Of a DNA stretch of 64,000 nt, positions 37,109 to 48,055 are shown one piece after another. The translations under genes and the position numbers were made by a program. Positions within the stretch are counted from its first letter, which is position 1. Each line of letters starts with the position of its first letter. The DNA comes from Anaerohalosphaeraceae bacterium (lineage in GTDB: Bacteria; Planctomycetota; Phycisphaerae; Sedimentisphaerales; UBA12454): NCBI GenBank assembly GCA_021108375.1, contig JAIORA010000047.1:102476-166475 (forward strand). Direction: 5' to 3'. The notes beneath the pieces are model-generated. The model worked only from the letters and a program-made list of their open reading frames with translations, made no database searches and was not told the origin of the DNA.

Positions 37109-38704
37109 CTATTTAGTAACTCTTGTCACATTTCTCCATTGTGTCCTAATAAATGACCAGCCAATTTTTCCTTGTAAAAGGTATTTCATACCAATCAAAC
37201 CTGTCTTAAGAATATTACACCACTGGGCAAACGAGGCCAATATCTTCGGATGAGTACGTAGAAACCTATTATAATAAAATTGTTTAATTAGCACTCTGGG
37301 AATAAAAGATTTTGACAAAAGCGAAACTATACTGCTCCAGAAAAGGGATTCTTCGCCTCGTTCCTGGTCCAATGTCATTCGCCATTGGTTCATTGCTTTG
37401 GTACCATACCCTTCAATTTGAGTTTCATCAATAATACCCTCGGCCAAGGCACGCTCGGCCAACGGCGTAGCTGGCAGAAAAGTTAAAGAAAATACTCGTA
37501 AATTATAAGGATGTGGAATCTGCAGGAAAAATCGAATTGCTTCATCTTTGTCAACCTCCGTTTCCCATGGGTTATCCACAATTACATCATAGTTAGGAAC
37601 AATCCCAACTCGCTTGATATCCCGAAAAACACTAAGTAGACGATATGAGGGAGTGTTACGGTCAAAAACTTCTTTGCGGACTCGTTCTGAACCGCTCTGG
37701 ATTCCTATGTCCAAACTGTAAAGACCGGCATCAACTAACTTCTCAAGATGCTCAGACTTAATAACATTAGGATGAATACTAGCTCGAAAAGGTAAACCAA
37801 TCTTTTCTTTGTACTCATAGCAGAATTCATTCAGCCATGCTTTGTTAAGGCCGAAAATTTCATCTCTAAAGGCAACGTCTTTGAGATTGGGAAACTGTTT
37901 TTTAGCATAAAGCAAGTTTTCTATAACTTTTTCAATACCATGTGTTCTAACGAACTTACCATGATTGGTGTTAAGAATTTTTTTCAAGACGCTTTGTGAA
38001 CAATATGTGCATTTATAAGGACACCCTCTCGTCGTTTGCAGAACATAAGAAGTTTGGAAATATCGTCCTCTGCCGCTATTCTCGTGAAAAGGTTCTTTGT
38101 GGTACACAACCCCATCGTTTGTGATATAATGTTTACCGTCATCACTATAGTCGAAAAATGGCAGGCTGTCTAAATCTTGTATTAAGGGACGTTGTTGATT
38201 ACGAGATACTTGACCATTCATTCTAACCCAGAAACCTGATACTTCATTGTAGGGATCCCCCTTTGAAACACGATTATAAAAATCCAATAGAGAGTGTTCG
38301 CCCTCACCTACACACACCGCGTCAGCACTTTGAATAGATTCTTCAGGTCGAACAATAGCATGGATACCACCCCAAATTACCAGCACATTCAATTCTTCTT
38401 TCAATCTGCGTGTGATTTTTACAGCATCTCTATATAGAGCCGAAAAAAAACTGAGTCCTACAATATTGGGACCAAGCTGTCTTACCTGTGAGATAAGCAA
38501 GTCTATATCCGAATCAGTAATAGCCGTTGTATCGTTGACAACCCTATCTTTGAAGAATACTAACTCGACATCAACACCCTTTTCCTTGAGAAAAGCATGG
38601 AGAGACCGAACACCAAGAGCCTCAATTTCACAAAAGGCAATCAATACTAATTTGCCCGGCCTTGCTCCAGATTTGACCTGCGTACTCATATTATTCCCAA
38701 TCAC
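37109..38704 (-). CDS. B12-binding-domain radical SAM enzyme (class B)
   Basis: N-terminal cobalamin-binding-like Rossmann region, then CPYKCTYC (CxxxCxxC). 531 aa. Confidence 0.8.
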   Translation of the reverse strand: MIGNNMSTQVKSGARPGKLVLIAFCEIEALGVRSLHAFLKEKGVDVELVFFKDRVVNDTTAITDSDIDLLISQVRQLGPNIVGLSFFSALYRDAVKITRRLKEELNVLVIWGGIHAIVRPEESIQSADAVCVGEGEHSLLDFYNRVSKGDPYNEVSGFWVRMNGQVSRNQQRPLIQDLDSLPFFDYSDDGKHYITNDGVVYHKEPFHENSGRGRYFQTSYVLQTTRGCPYKCTYCSQSVLKKILNTNHGKFVRTHGIEKVIENLLYAKKQFPNLKDVAFRDEIFGLNKAWLNEFCYEYKEKIGLPFRASIHPNVIKSEHLEKLVDAGLYSLDIGIQSGSERVRKEVFDRNTPSYRLLSVFRDIKRVGIVPNYDVIVDNPWETEVDKDEAIRFFLQIPHPYNLRVFSLTFLPATPLAERALAEGIIDETQIEGYGTKAMNQWRMTLDQERGEESLFWSSIVSLLSKSFIPRVLIKQFYYNRFLRTHPKILASFAQWCNILKTGLIGMKYLLQGKIGWSFIRTQWRNVTRVTK

Positions 38705-38713
38705 ATAAAACTA

Positions 38714-39661
38714 TTATCCCTTCTCAAATTTGGATTCGTTCATCAGCAAATAGCCAAATAACGGCCCCAGAGTAAACACCCAAATTAAATAGGCGACACG
38801 CACCAACCCGGCAACCATTAACCCTTGAGCAACTGTAATACCGAATAATTGGGCAGAGAAGACAAAAGCCCCTTCCTGAATTCCAAAAGAGCCAGGAGTA
38901 AAGCGAAGCAAAACTGTAAAACTTACCAAACTGCTAATCAGCAGTATCTCAAATAGAGGAAGCTGATAATCAAATGCAGAAAAAGCAAAATAAACGACAG
39001 CAGCAAAAACAAATGCTCCTGATAACAAAACCGCAGTTAATTTTAGTATCAGCAGTTTACTTTTCTTTAGCTGAAGCCAGCCATCCATAATCCTGGAAAG
39101 ATGACGAAAAAACTTATTATTCATGGCAGGTAATTTAGGCGTAAATAACACAGCAACAAGACAAACCAATGTAACGCTGAGCAGAAGAATGAAAAGACTT
39201 AAACTAAAAAAATCCGAATTTAAGTAGATGAGTACAAGACAAATAAGCCCCAGTATCGAATAAATCAAAAATCGAATAATATATGTGGCCAACATGGTAC
39301 TTAGGAAATAGGCGTAAGGAAAATTGTGAAACTTTTTCAGGTACGTTGCTCGCAGGCCAAAACCGCTAAAAGGAAACAAATAATTCCCTAAGCTTGTAAC
39401 TGCCATTATTCCAAACCATTGCTTAAACCTGAGGCTTATACCAAAATGTTCTACGAGTAGCTTCGTAAACAAACCACTTAAAAATACTCCCAGAAAAGAA
39501 AGGGGCAGCAAAATGACAATGTCCTCCCATGAGGGCAATTTTATATCTTTAAATTCCTGGATGTGGTTCCTTATGTATATTGCCACCCAAATAAAGATAC
39601 CAACTAATATAATAATCGAGAGTTTTTTTTTCGTAAATATCCTGCAGGCACTTTCCGTCAT
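38714..39661 (-). CDS. Flippase-like/UPF0104 (lysyl-PG synthase TM-domain-like) polytopic membrane protein
   Basis: 315 aa with about 8 TM helices and no soluble domain. This architecture is typical of TIGR00374-type proteins paired with GT2 enzymes. Confidence 0.45.
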   Translation of the reverse strand: MTESACRIFTKKKLSIIILVGIFIWVAIYIRNHIQEFKDIKLPSWEDIVILLPLSFLGVFLSGLFTKLLVEHFGISLRFKQWFGIMAVTSLGNYLFPFSGFGLRATYLKKFHNFPYAYFLSTMLATYIIRFLIYSILGLICLVLIYLNSDFFSLSLFILLLSVTLVCLVAVLFTPKLPAMNNKFFRHLSRIMDGWLQLKKSKLLILKLTAVLLSGAFVFAAVVYFAFSAFDYQLPLFEILLISSLVSFTVLLRFTPGSFGIQEGAFVFSAQLFGITVAQGLMVAGLVRVAYLIWVFTLGPLFGYLLMNESKFEKG

Positions 39662-39690
39662 GTTACCACCGAAGTCTACATTGATAATGC

Positions 39691-40488
39691 TTAGATTTTA
39701 TTACATTCAGCATCCCGCTTTTGGGCCAGAACAAATACTCTATCACCCTTGTCTGGGATGTTCAAGAAGAATACAAGATAAAGAATTTTAGAGAGCACCC
39801 TTTTTATGATACCGAATTTTCCAGTCCTTAATGGATTTTTCTCTATAACAAGTGCATTAATTATCATTTCATGGATAGGGGTAAAAAATGGAAAACCCCA
39901 CCTTCTAATTTTTAAAACATCAAAACCCGCTTCTTCCAAATCCGCCTTCAGGAATTGGGGGGGGTAATATCGTATCATTGATTTTTTATGGTCTCCATGG
40001 GGGCCACAAGGTGTACTTATTATTATATAACCATTACACATTTTCGCTATATTTCCTAAGGCACTTTTGTAGTCAGAAATGTGTTCCAAAACTTCCGAGC
40101 AGATAATCAGGCCGTATTTTGATTCAAGTGTATTTTTCGATACATCCAGAACAGAAAAATTTCCAGCTAAAACTTTCTTAGCTACATCAACAGCATTTGG
40201 AGAAATATCTACGCCTGCAATATCGATTTTAGACACGTCGACATTTAATTCGTCCAAGAGATATTTTAGAAAATAACCATTTCCACAGCCAATTTCTAAA
40301 ATAGAATTGAAAGTAATATTTTTCGCAAAACCTTTCATTATTCTGCGTCTATGCAAAGACGCGGGGCCATATCTAACACCATCTTCTCTCTTTTCAATCA
40401 GTGTTGCATCAAACAACTCTTTCATATCTTGTTGCGTAATTTTTTCCATCTCAGCCCTTTCCGTAGTAACTTTCCAAAAAAAAATCAT
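39691..40488 (-). CDS. Class I SAM-dependent methyltransferase
   Basis: ILEIGCGNGYF glycine-rich SAM motif I. An alternative start is the Met of MEKITQQ. Confidence 0.7.
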   Translation of the reverse strand: MIFFWKVTTERAEMEKITQQDMKELFDATLIEKREDGVRYGPASLHRRRIMKGFAKNITFNSILEIGCGNGYFLKYLLDELNVDVSKIDIAGVDISPNAVDVAKKVLAGNFSVLDVSKNTLESKYGLIICSEVLEHISDYKSALGNIAKMCNGYIIISTPCGPHGDHKKSMIRYYPPQFLKADLEEAGFDVLKIRRWGFPFFTPIHEMIINALVIEKNPLRTGKFGIIKRVLSKILYLVFFLNIPDKGDRVFVLAQKRDAECNKI

Positions 40489-40492
40489 GACA

Positions 40493-41443
40493 TTATAGTT
40501 TCTTTTTCTTTATTATATAAGTTGGCCTATTCTTAGACTCCATAAACAATTTACCAAGATATTCACCAAATATACCAAGCATTAACAACTGCAATCCTCC
40601 AATTAACAAGACACTGCAAGCAACGGAAGTCCAGCCAGATATTACCTTGTTAGTAAAAACAAACATGACCACAGCATAGAACCCATATAAAAATGCTAAC
40701 CCTGAAATTGACATTCCAAGCAACGTTGCAAGTCTCAAAGGTTTAATACTGAAAGATGTAATACCATTTAATGCAAAGGATGTCATTTTTTTGACAGAGT
40801 ATTTTGTTTTTCCGCCATATCTCTTATCTGGAATATATTTAATTGAAAATTGTTTAAATCCTACCCACGAAACCATACCTCTTACAAACAATGGGGATTC
40901 TTTAATATCTCGAAAAACGTTTACAACGACTTTGTCCATTAATCTGAAATCCGCAGCACCTCTGTCAATTTTGGTTTCGGCCATCTTGCTCATCAATTTA
41001 TAAAAAAGATTAGATGTAATTTTCTTCAACCATCCGACATTCTGAACATCATCTCTTAGAGTATAAACTACCTCGTAACCCTGCTGCCATTTTTCAATCA
41101 TATCATCAATCAATTCCGGCGGATGTTGCAAATCGGCATCCATCGTAATAACACAATCGCCATTACTGTGGTCAAGCCCGGCCTTTAAAGCAATCTGATG
41201 CCCAAAATTTCTTGAAAAAGACAAATAACATAGGCGTTCATTTTTTTTATTCAAAGTTTCGAGTATTTCAATTGTTCGATCCGTGCTACCATCATCAACA
41301 AAAATTACTTCATAATTATTGTATTTGCTGAGTATGGGCACAAGTTTATCTACTAATGCTCGCAAACTCTCCTGTTCATTATACGCAGGAACCACAACTG
41401 ATACTTTGAAACCATCCATACTATTCTCCAAGTATTTTGACAA
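40493..41443 (-). CDS. GT2 polyprenol-phosphate glycosyltransferase (ArnC/DPM1-like) with C-terminal TM helices
   Basis: VSVVVPAYNEQESL...YEVIFVDDGSTDRT, a DAD motif (TMDADLQHPP), and two C-terminal hydrophobic helices. Confidence 0.8.
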   Translation of the reverse strand: MSKYLENSMDGFKVSVVVPAYNEQESLRALVDKLVPILSKYNNYEVIFVDDGSTDRTIEILETLNKKNERLCYLSFSRNFGHQIALKAGLDHSNGDCVITMDADLQHPPELIDDMIEKWQQGYEVVYTLRDDVQNVGWLKKITSNLFYKLMSKMAETKIDRGAADFRLMDKVVVNVFRDIKESPLFVRGMVSWVGFKQFSIKYIPDKRYGGKTKYSVKKMTSFALNGITSFSIKPLRLATLLGMSISGLAFLYGFYAVVMFVFTNKVISGWTSVACSVLLIGGLQLLMLGIFGEYLGKLFMESKNRPTYIIKKKKL

Positions 41444-42983
41444 GTAACCAATATCCCTTCTGGGAAAGAACTTTAATTTTAACCGATTTACTCAAATTGT
41501 TGAGAGGGCCATAGCCACGAACAACTGCGTAGTGAACATTATTTTTTTCAATATAGCCCTTAATAATTGCCGGATTAAATGCCAAAATCGAACGATGATA
41601 CTCTTTTATCGCACTGAAATTTTTACCGTGATTAATCAGCGGATTCACATGGCCATCAAAGATAAAAATGTCGGGATTATTTGAACCTACAACAATACCC
41701 CTGTAACCCCAATATTGCAGCTGTAATAGTATTTTTTCATTATCTTTAATTACGCAATCTTCAATCAAATTCTTTATTTCAAACCCAAGACGAGTTTCAT
41801 TGGCTAAACTGTTTTTGGGAATACCAAACAAACCTTTGCCCTGAAAAATTATCACAAACAATACCACAACAACAGCAATTGCAGAATTAACAACAAGATT
41901 CTTTTTGCTACCAGAAAAAAGTGTGAATAATCTCGATAGCACCCAACCGCCAAGTGGCAGTAAGCCGAGAAAGAAAGGTATAATTATTCTATCTTTTATT
42001 AGTGGTGGGCCAGCAAAACCCATATAACAGCAAAGTACAAAAAAAACTGTCAAAAGTGCGGCTGAATGAATAATAATATTTTTTGAGTTGAAAAACATCC
42101 CACTATTTTTACGATTTAAGAACAGGATGAACAAAAACATTAAAACTAATGCTGTAATTATGAAAAAATTAATCGAAATAAATTCTTTCGGCAAAACCAT
42201 TGTCTGGGACAAGAATCCATCACCCTTCGTTATATTGGGACTTTTTTGAAAGTACTCTTCCCTGATTTGATGAGACTCCATAATATGACCACTTCTCAAA
42301 AAACCAGCTGTCATCCAGCTTAGGCAAAAAATTACGGGTATTGTGGCAATTGCCAAGAAACAAACGCTTTGTTTCCATTGAGACTTGAGCCTTTTTAATG
42401 CAAGAAATAACACATATATCGAATATGGTGCTATGAAAAACCAAGACTCATACCGAAACCCGGATGCGATAAACAGTGTTATTGACGTAAAAAGCAAAAA
42501 CCTGGCCTGTCTTCTTCGGAGCCAGTATTGGAAGAACACAAAACTCCACACAATTGCAGCGCAATGATACATACAAACGAATGGCAAATAGCTGTACAAA
42601 TTTACAATCGGATTGAATATCGCAATTAATACAGCTATCACAGCAATTTTTTTATTATCAAAAAGAGCTATGGCCAGAAAATATACCGCCACTGTAGCCA
42701 GTATTGAAGCGGTCAGCGTAGTAATCCTCGGAGCCATAAAAAGATTATTCCAGACCATCAACGCCAGTCCTTCCAGATAATATCCGAATGGCAGCCAAAC
42801 ACCTTCAAAAATCAAACGTATATCCTGAGTCCAGTAGTATGCTTTTATTGTCCTGCTAAATTCGTCAGCACTTATTGCTATAAGCCCTTTTTTATAAAGC
42901 ATAAGAAACAGCAGGCCTTTAATCGTTACTATAAAAGCAACTACCAAAACAGCCATATATAAATTTGCTCGCTTCTTAATCAT
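41421..42983 (-). CDS. GT-C-fold glycosyltransferase (GT39/GT83, ArnT/PMT-like)
   Basis: ADEFSR (the DE motif of the first periplasmic loop) shortly after TM1. 520 aa and polytopic. Confidence 0.6.
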   Translation of the reverse strand: MIKKRANLYMAVLVVAFIVTIKGLLFLMLYKKGLIAISADEFSRTIKAYYWTQDIRLIFEGVWLPFGYYLEGLALMVWNNLFMAPRITTLTASILATVAVYFLAIALFDNKKIAVIAVLIAIFNPIVNLYSYLPFVCMYHCAAIVWSFVFFQYWLRRRQARFLLFTSITLFIASGFRYESWFFIAPYSIYVLFLALKRLKSQWKQSVCFLAIATIPVIFCLSWMTAGFLRSGHIMESHQIREEYFQKSPNITKGDGFLSQTMVLPKEFISINFFIITALVLMFLFILFLNRKNSGMFFNSKNIIIHSAALLTVFFVLCCYMGFAGPPLIKDRIIIPFFLGLLPLGGWVLSRLFTLFSGSKKNLVVNSAIAVVVVLFVIIFQGKGLFGIPKNSLANETRLGFEIKNLIEDCVIKDNEKILLQLQYWGYRGIVVGSNNPDIFIFDGHVNPLINHGKNFSAIKEYHRSILAFNPAIIKGYIEKNNVHYAVVRGYGPLNNLSKSVKIKVLSQKGYWLLVKILGE

Positions 42984-43716
42984 TCCTTAGATAGTCCCTA
43001 CATCTTTTCGTGATGGGCTTTGAACATTTATAAAACTGATAAAATGAAAGCCCTTTACTTATTCCAAAAACTGAACTACTAATTTCTGCGAAAAAATATC
43101 TCAAGACTTCTTCTATTTCGTTCGCACTATTAACATGCTCATGCCTCATCAACACCTGATAGTCTAATTTGTAACGCAGCCTGAATTCCAGCCCGGTACT
43201 CAAACTCTGACAAAACTTCCAAAGGAAACGCCCTTCACTCGGAATTGCAACCCTCATCTGCCCTGTCCCACTCAACAATAAGCCGCTTTTGGCAACAACC
43301 TCCGGCAAATTCAATATATGTTCAAAAGCAGCTATCGACACTATACGGTCATATCTGCTGTCAGTCGGCACATCATTAATATCTTTATAAACGTTTCGTA
43401 CCCGACTAATGTCGTTTGAAGATTTGAGTAAATGGTCCCATGGTTCAATAACATCATATTCCCGCACGGTGGTCTCGTAGGCAAGATGGTTTAATGTTCC
43501 AGCACCAATCTCCAAAGTGGTTTTATTCATTTTTGCACCCGAAACATCCTCGGCTACTTTTCGATGCATCCATTTTTCAAGTTTCGAGGAAAGGCTGGAA
43601 GCATTTGAACTGCCAGTTCTGTTTTCAAGGTAATGCTTATCATAAATAGCCCTGTATTCCTCAGGCAGTTCAGATCGTATTTTGGGGAAATTGTCAAACA
43701 TTGCAATCTCCCTCAA
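42976..43716 (-). CDS. Probable SAM-dependent methyltransferase
   Basis: TLEIGAGTLNH glycine-rich motif. 246 aa. Confidence 0.5.
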   Translation of the reverse strand: MREIAMFDNFPKIRSELPEEYRAIYDKHYLENRTGSSNASSLSSKLEKWMHRKVAEDVSGAKMNKTTLEIGAGTLNHLAYETTVREYDVIEPWDHLLKSSNDISRVRNVYKDINDVPTDSRYDRIVSIAAFEHILNLPEVVAKSGLLLSGTGQMRVAIPSEGRFLWKFCQSLSTGLEFRLRYKLDYQVLMRHEHVNSANEIEEVLRYFFAEISSSVFGISKGLSFYQFYKCSKPITKRCRDYLRND

Positions 43717-44830
43717 GTTTAACTTTTACTTTTTCGGCGCTGAAATCTTTTAAATCCATCATTGAGTTTTCCCTGCCAATCTGCTTAACAAACTCGGCAA
43801 CTTTATTGTCGTACGAAATAACAAAAAACGGTGTACCCATCTTAAACGACAGTATAACCGCGTGGAGCCTTTCGAGAATACAAAAATCCATCAAGCCCAA
43901 AATTGCCATCATTGTAGCAGGATGATAATAATCCTGCAAAATATAAAAATCCTTATCATCAGACAAACGAGCCTTTACCTGCATTCCAAAATCAAAATCG
44001 TCCTCAAAATGCTCGCTGAGGTGTCGGCTAATCGGCAAAAACAGAACCTCGCAATCCTTGTCCCTCATAAGATAATCAACCAGCTTAGCTGCCTCGGCAA
44101 CGGTATCGTCATTATCAACCGAAGAGTCTCTTACATAACGCATATTAAAACCAACAATACGCTTGCCGGAACTGCCAACACCAAGTGCGTTTAATATAAC
44201 CTGAGCTTGTTGCTTATCGGCAGGAACCAGAGATAACGCAGGGTCGAGTACCTGTACAATATCTTTTTTAACGCCTATTGCTTTGAGGTTATCCATCGAC
44301 AGTTGGTCGCGTACTGAAACAACGTCTGCAAAGTTGAGCGATAGCCGAGCTAAGAATTTGACCGCTGAATCGGGAAACGAGGTTGCGCCGATTGCGTAAA
44401 AGAGCGTTTGAGCACGAAAAATTTTCGCAAGCAGAGCAGCTATAAAAAGGAACTTACCTTTCATATCAAAAATTTTACAATACCTGTAACCCGAATAGGT
44501 ATTGATTTTGTTCACTATCCCCCCGCCACCAATAATGTATATATGGCTTTTGACGATAGCTTTGAAGGCTTGGAAACTTTTGAAATGCCAGCTTACAACG
44601 TCATACTGAGCGCGGACATATTCAGGGCCGTGACAAATGACAATTATTTTCGCGTTTGACAAATTATTGCGAACTCTTGAGATTAAAACATCGAGTATCG
44701 CATCATCACCCATATTATTTTTGCCATAACCGCCGTGCAGAACCACTATCGGAGTGGTAACACCCTTAGCAGTTAAGATTTTTTTATAATTTTCCCACAG
44801 GCCGGGAATATCAGTTGGTATATCTTTCAC
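43694..44830 (-). CDS. Polysaccharide pyruvyl transferase (CsaB/WcaK family)
   Basis: LHGGYGKNNMGDDAILDVL matches the GxxGxxNxGDxAIL family signature. 378 aa. Confidence 0.6.
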   Translation of the reverse strand: MKDIPTDIPGLWENYKKILTAKGVTTPIVVLHGGYGKNNMGDDAILDVLISRVRNNLSNAKIIVICHGPEYVRAQYDVVSWHFKSFQAFKAIVKSHIYIIGGGGIVNKINTYSGYRYCKIFDMKGKFLFIAALLAKIFRAQTLFYAIGATSFPDSAVKFLARLSLNFADVVSVRDQLSMDNLKAIGVKKDIVQVLDPALSLVPADKQQAQVILNALGVGSSGKRIVGFNMRYVRDSSVDNDDTVAEAAKLVDYLMRDKDCEVLFLPISRHLSEHFEDDFDFGMQVKARLSDDKDFYILQDYYHPATMMAILGLMDFCILERLHAVILSFKMGTPFFVISYDNKVAEFVKQIGRENSMMDLKDFSAEKVKVKLEGDCNV

Positions 44831-45948
44831 TTTTTATTTCCTTTTGGACGACCAAAACCTTTGAGAACAATTTTTTCCGGCTCGGCCTGACAATAACACT
44901 GAAGGCATCTAACTTTTATACACTTTTCTCGGATGATTTTACGTTTTTCGACATCTATCGCACCGACCGGACATCGGCCAGCTAAAATTTTCAACTCTTC
45001 ATCGCTAACTGAGCCTATTTCAGGATGAATACCGAGATACCAATGCAGCGATGGGATAATCGATTCGCCTTTAAACACTTTGCATTTTATATAATCGACA
45101 AAATAAAATGTTACATACATCGCCCTGTGCAGCTTTTGTTTTAATGAATCTTCCTTACGACAATCCGTCAAATCTCCAGGCAAAGCCCCGTCTATTTCAT
45201 AGCCCGGCGTATCAGAGAGGTACTTAACAGAATCAGGCGATATACCTAAAAGTTTTGAGCCGAAATGGTCTATCGCAAAGGAATTTTTACCCGCAAGACA
45301 AAAACCCAAAGGCGCAGGCTCTCCAAAAACCGCTCGACTCAGCAGGTGCCTTGCGTCAACAATATGTATAACATTTGTAAAGTATCGCGCAAGTGCGGAA
45401 ATGCTATTTTCAAGCCGATGGCAATGCAAATACCGTCTGGAAGACTTCGACAGAAATCCGAAAAGATTTTTCGTAGCACCGGTTACCTTTGTTATCGAAT
45501 GGCCCTTCAAAACCGGAAGGTTTATTATCAGCTTAGCCTGCGTCGCAATTTCAGCAACTTCAACAGGCTTGAACCCCTGCCCAATATCAATTTTTACATA
45601 CTGCTGAGTTTCAAAATTTATCAGTTCCACACCTTTTTGCTTGAGAAATGCGTCAACTCCTAAAATTTTGAACGTACCTTCGGTATCAAACTCATATCCG
45701 CTTGTTTCGCCTACAACCGGAGTGGCTCCGCATTGGCGTATTTTATCTATGAAGAAATCGATAAATACCAAGTCAGTGGTGGCTTTTGGAAAAGGAGCGA
45801 CAAAGTTTGGCTTAATGAGAACAATATCGCCCGGCCCTGCTTTATCCTCCAACCCACCAAGAGCGATGAGCAAATCGTCGAGCACATCATTTACAGATGA
45901 GCTGTCCGAAAGTTTACGGCTAAAAACTATTTTCTTATCGTTTAACAT
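44827..45948 (-). CDS. DUF362-domain protein with a C-terminal ferredoxin-like Cys cluster
   Basis: IVLIKPNFVAP...CGATPVVGETSG (DUF362 core), and a C-terminal CPVGAI...CIKVRCLQCYC. Confidence 0.5.
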   Translation of the reverse strand: MLNDKKIVFSRKLSDSSSVNDVLDDLLIALGGLEDKAGPGDIVLIKPNFVAPFPKATTDLVFIDFFIDKIRQCGATPVVGETSGYEFDTEGTFKILGVDAFLKQKGVELINFETQQYVKIDIGQGFKPVEVAEIATQAKLIINLPVLKGHSITKVTGATKNLFGFLSKSSRRYLHCHRLENSISALARYFTNVIHIVDARHLLSRAVFGEPAPLGFCLAGKNSFAIDHFGSKLLGISPDSVKYLSDTPGYEIDGALPGDLTDCRKEDSLKQKLHRAMYVTFYFVDYIKCKVFKGESIIPSLHWYLGIHPEIGSVSDEELKILAGRCPVGAIDVEKRKIIREKCIKVRCLQCYCQAEPEKIVLKGFGRPKGNKK

Positions 45949-46931
45949 TCCAGGCTCCTGAACCAGTCAACCGTCTCAGCAATACCCTGCTCAAAAGCTA
46001 CCTGCGGCTTATATCCCAGCTGGGTCTTTGCCTTTTCTATCGAAAACACACGGTCCCATACCGTCGAAGCGATGTTTTTTCTCGTACACATCGGAGCAGT
46101 ATTTGTTACACGAGCCAACATTTCAAAACACCACGCAGCCAAAAGCATCAGCCAAACGGGAACATAAGGATACATCGCCTCGCTGCCCCACGCCTGCATA
46201 ACCAGCTTTCGCATATAATTCAAGTCTATCGAAGTTTCCGATGCAATCAGATAGACCTCGCCGGGCTGGCCGTTTTCAGCAGCTTTTATCGCAGCGGCCA
46301 CAACATCGGTAACGTGTACCAACGGAGTGAGATTCCTGCCGAAGCCTACTTTTGGAAATCGCCCCTTTCTCATCAGATTGCATATTTTATAAAACTCACC
46401 TTTGCCTCTCGGCCCATATATCATACAAGGCCTAAGTACCACTACCGACACATCATCACCACCGGCATCCAAAGCAACTGCTTCGCTTTGCAGCTTACTC
46501 TTCTGGTAAGGACTCTTTGGCTGTGGGGTTGTATTTTCATCCACTATCCCTTTTTTTATAAGGCCCATCGCAGCGGTTGAGCTAAAATGCACAAACTTTT
46601 TAACAGCGTATCCCTTGCAGGTATCAATCAAATTCTTTGTACCCCCAACGTTAACCCTGACGAACTCATCAAAAGCAGCCTGTGATATAGCCGAGACGTG
46701 GCCGGCAGCGGCAAGATGATAGACAAAGTCGACACCTTCCGCAATCGACTTCAGTGTTTCCGGTTTTGTTATGTCGCCAGGCCAAAGTTCAATGTTCTCG
46801 GTATTTCCGAATATCTTCTCGGCAAAGGCAATATCCCTGACAAGCAATCTGCAACTGATTCCCTTATCCAAGAGAGCTTTGACAAGATATTGGCCGACAA
46901 AACCGGTAGAACCTGTGATTAAGACCTTCAT
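45942..46931 (-). CDS. NAD-dependent sugar-nucleotide epimerase/dehydratase (extended SDR)
   Basis: MKVLITGSTGFVGQYL Rossmann motif and a YxxxK motif (YQKSK). Confidence 0.85.
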   Translation of the reverse strand: MKVLITGSTGFVGQYLVKALLDKGISCRLLVRDIAFAEKIFGNTENIELWPGDITKPETLKSIAEGVDFVYHLAAAGHVSAISQAAFDEFVRVNVGGTKNLIDTCKGYAVKKFVHFSSTAAMGLIKKGIVDENTTPQPKSPYQKSKLQSEAVALDAGGDDVSVVVLRPCMIYGPRGKGEFYKICNLMRKGRFPKVGFGRNLTPLVHVTDVVAAAIKAAENGQPGEVYLIASETSIDLNYMRKLVMQAWGSEAMYPYVPVWLMLLAAWCFEMLARVTNTAPMCTRKNIASTVWDRVFSIEKAKTQLGYKPQVAFEQGIAETVDWFRSLEC

Positions 46932-48055
46932 TATACCGGCCCTTTCGACAGGATTACATTGATGAGTTCTGCCCAGCCGAATTTATCTTTGGTCTTTCCA
47001 GCGGCGGCGGTAAGCCGGTCAAGATTTTCCGGCTCTAAAGAATCATCTATCGCCTCAGCCAAAGTCCCGGCATTGTTCGGCTCGACCAATCGGCCATTAA
47101 CACTATCCTGAACAACCTCGCTGAGACTGCCAACATTTGTCGCTATAACCGGCTTGTCAAAACCATACGCTGTCTGGCAGACCCCGCTGCCGGAAGCTGA
47201 AACGTAGGGCTGGACAACAATGTCGGCGGCGGCAAAATACAATCCTATTTCTTCGTTGGAGATGTATCTATCGACAACCTTTACTCGCGAAGAAATTCCA
47301 TATTGCGAAATTTTTTCGATATATTTTTGCTTATCTTTCCAGAATTCGCCAACGACCATAAGTGTTGTGCTTTTATTGTCGCACAAATTCATCGCATCCA
47401 GCAGCACGTCAAGGCCTTTATATGGCCTGACAAATCCGAAAAACAAAAGACAATCGCCCGAAACGCCGAGCTTTTCTTTGGCCTGAGCTTTATCATAGCG
47501 ACCGTTGCTTAAGTCCGTGTAGGTGGGATGAAAAGCGGTTGTAACATCAGCATTTTCGCCGAGTAACTTCCCGCACTTATCTGTCTCAGCCTGTGAATGA
47601 GTAATCAGCCTGTCAGCTTTGGAAAGCACAAGGCGAGTCAATGTTGCTTTTAGCCTGCTGCTTTCGTGTTCCACAACGTTATGACAGATGACAACAATTT
47701 CGGCATTGATTTTTCTTTTAACGCGATTGATAATCGTCAGCATTTGTGGTGTCCAGAATGCTACCCACCAATTAAATATGATTTTGTCCGGGCGATATTT
47801 AACAATCTCTTTCGCAGTTTTTATCCAGGTAACGGGATTGAGCGAATCAATTAAATAATCAACATTATCAATTTTTAAAGGCTCGCTGCTTGGGTCCTTG
47901 TCAGTTTTTCCGGGGAACAGTATCTTGGGATATTGACGCTTAAACGAAATGAATTTGACTTCATTCTGCCGGCGAAAATTTCGACACAGCAAAGTCGTAT
48001 AATGCGAAATTCCACCTCTATAAGGATACGTTGGGCCTATTAGAACAATTTTCAT
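46931..48055 (-). CDS. GT4 (GT-B fold) glycosyltransferase
   Basis: C-terminal EFWKD...VVQPYVSASGSGVCQTAYGFDKPVIATNVGSLSEVV, which is the E-x7-E region. Confidence 0.8.
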   Translation of the reverse strand: MKIVLIGPTYPYRGGISHYTTLLCRNFRRQNEVKFISFKRQYPKILFPGKTDKDPSSEPLKIDNVDYLIDSLNPVTWIKTAKEIVKYRPDKIIFNWWVAFWTPQMLTIINRVKRKINAEIVVICHNVVEHESSRLKATLTRLVLSKADRLITHSQAETDKCGKLLGENADVTTAFHPTYTDLSNGRYDKAQAKEKLGVSGDCLLFFGFVRPYKGLDVLLDAMNLCDNKSTTLMVVGEFWKDKQKYIEKISQYGISSRVKVVDRYISNEEIGLYFAAADIVVQPYVSASGSGVCQTAYGFDKPVIATNVGSLSEVVQDSVNGRLVEPNNAGTLAEAIDDSLEPENLDRLTAAAGKTKDKFGWAELINVILSKGPV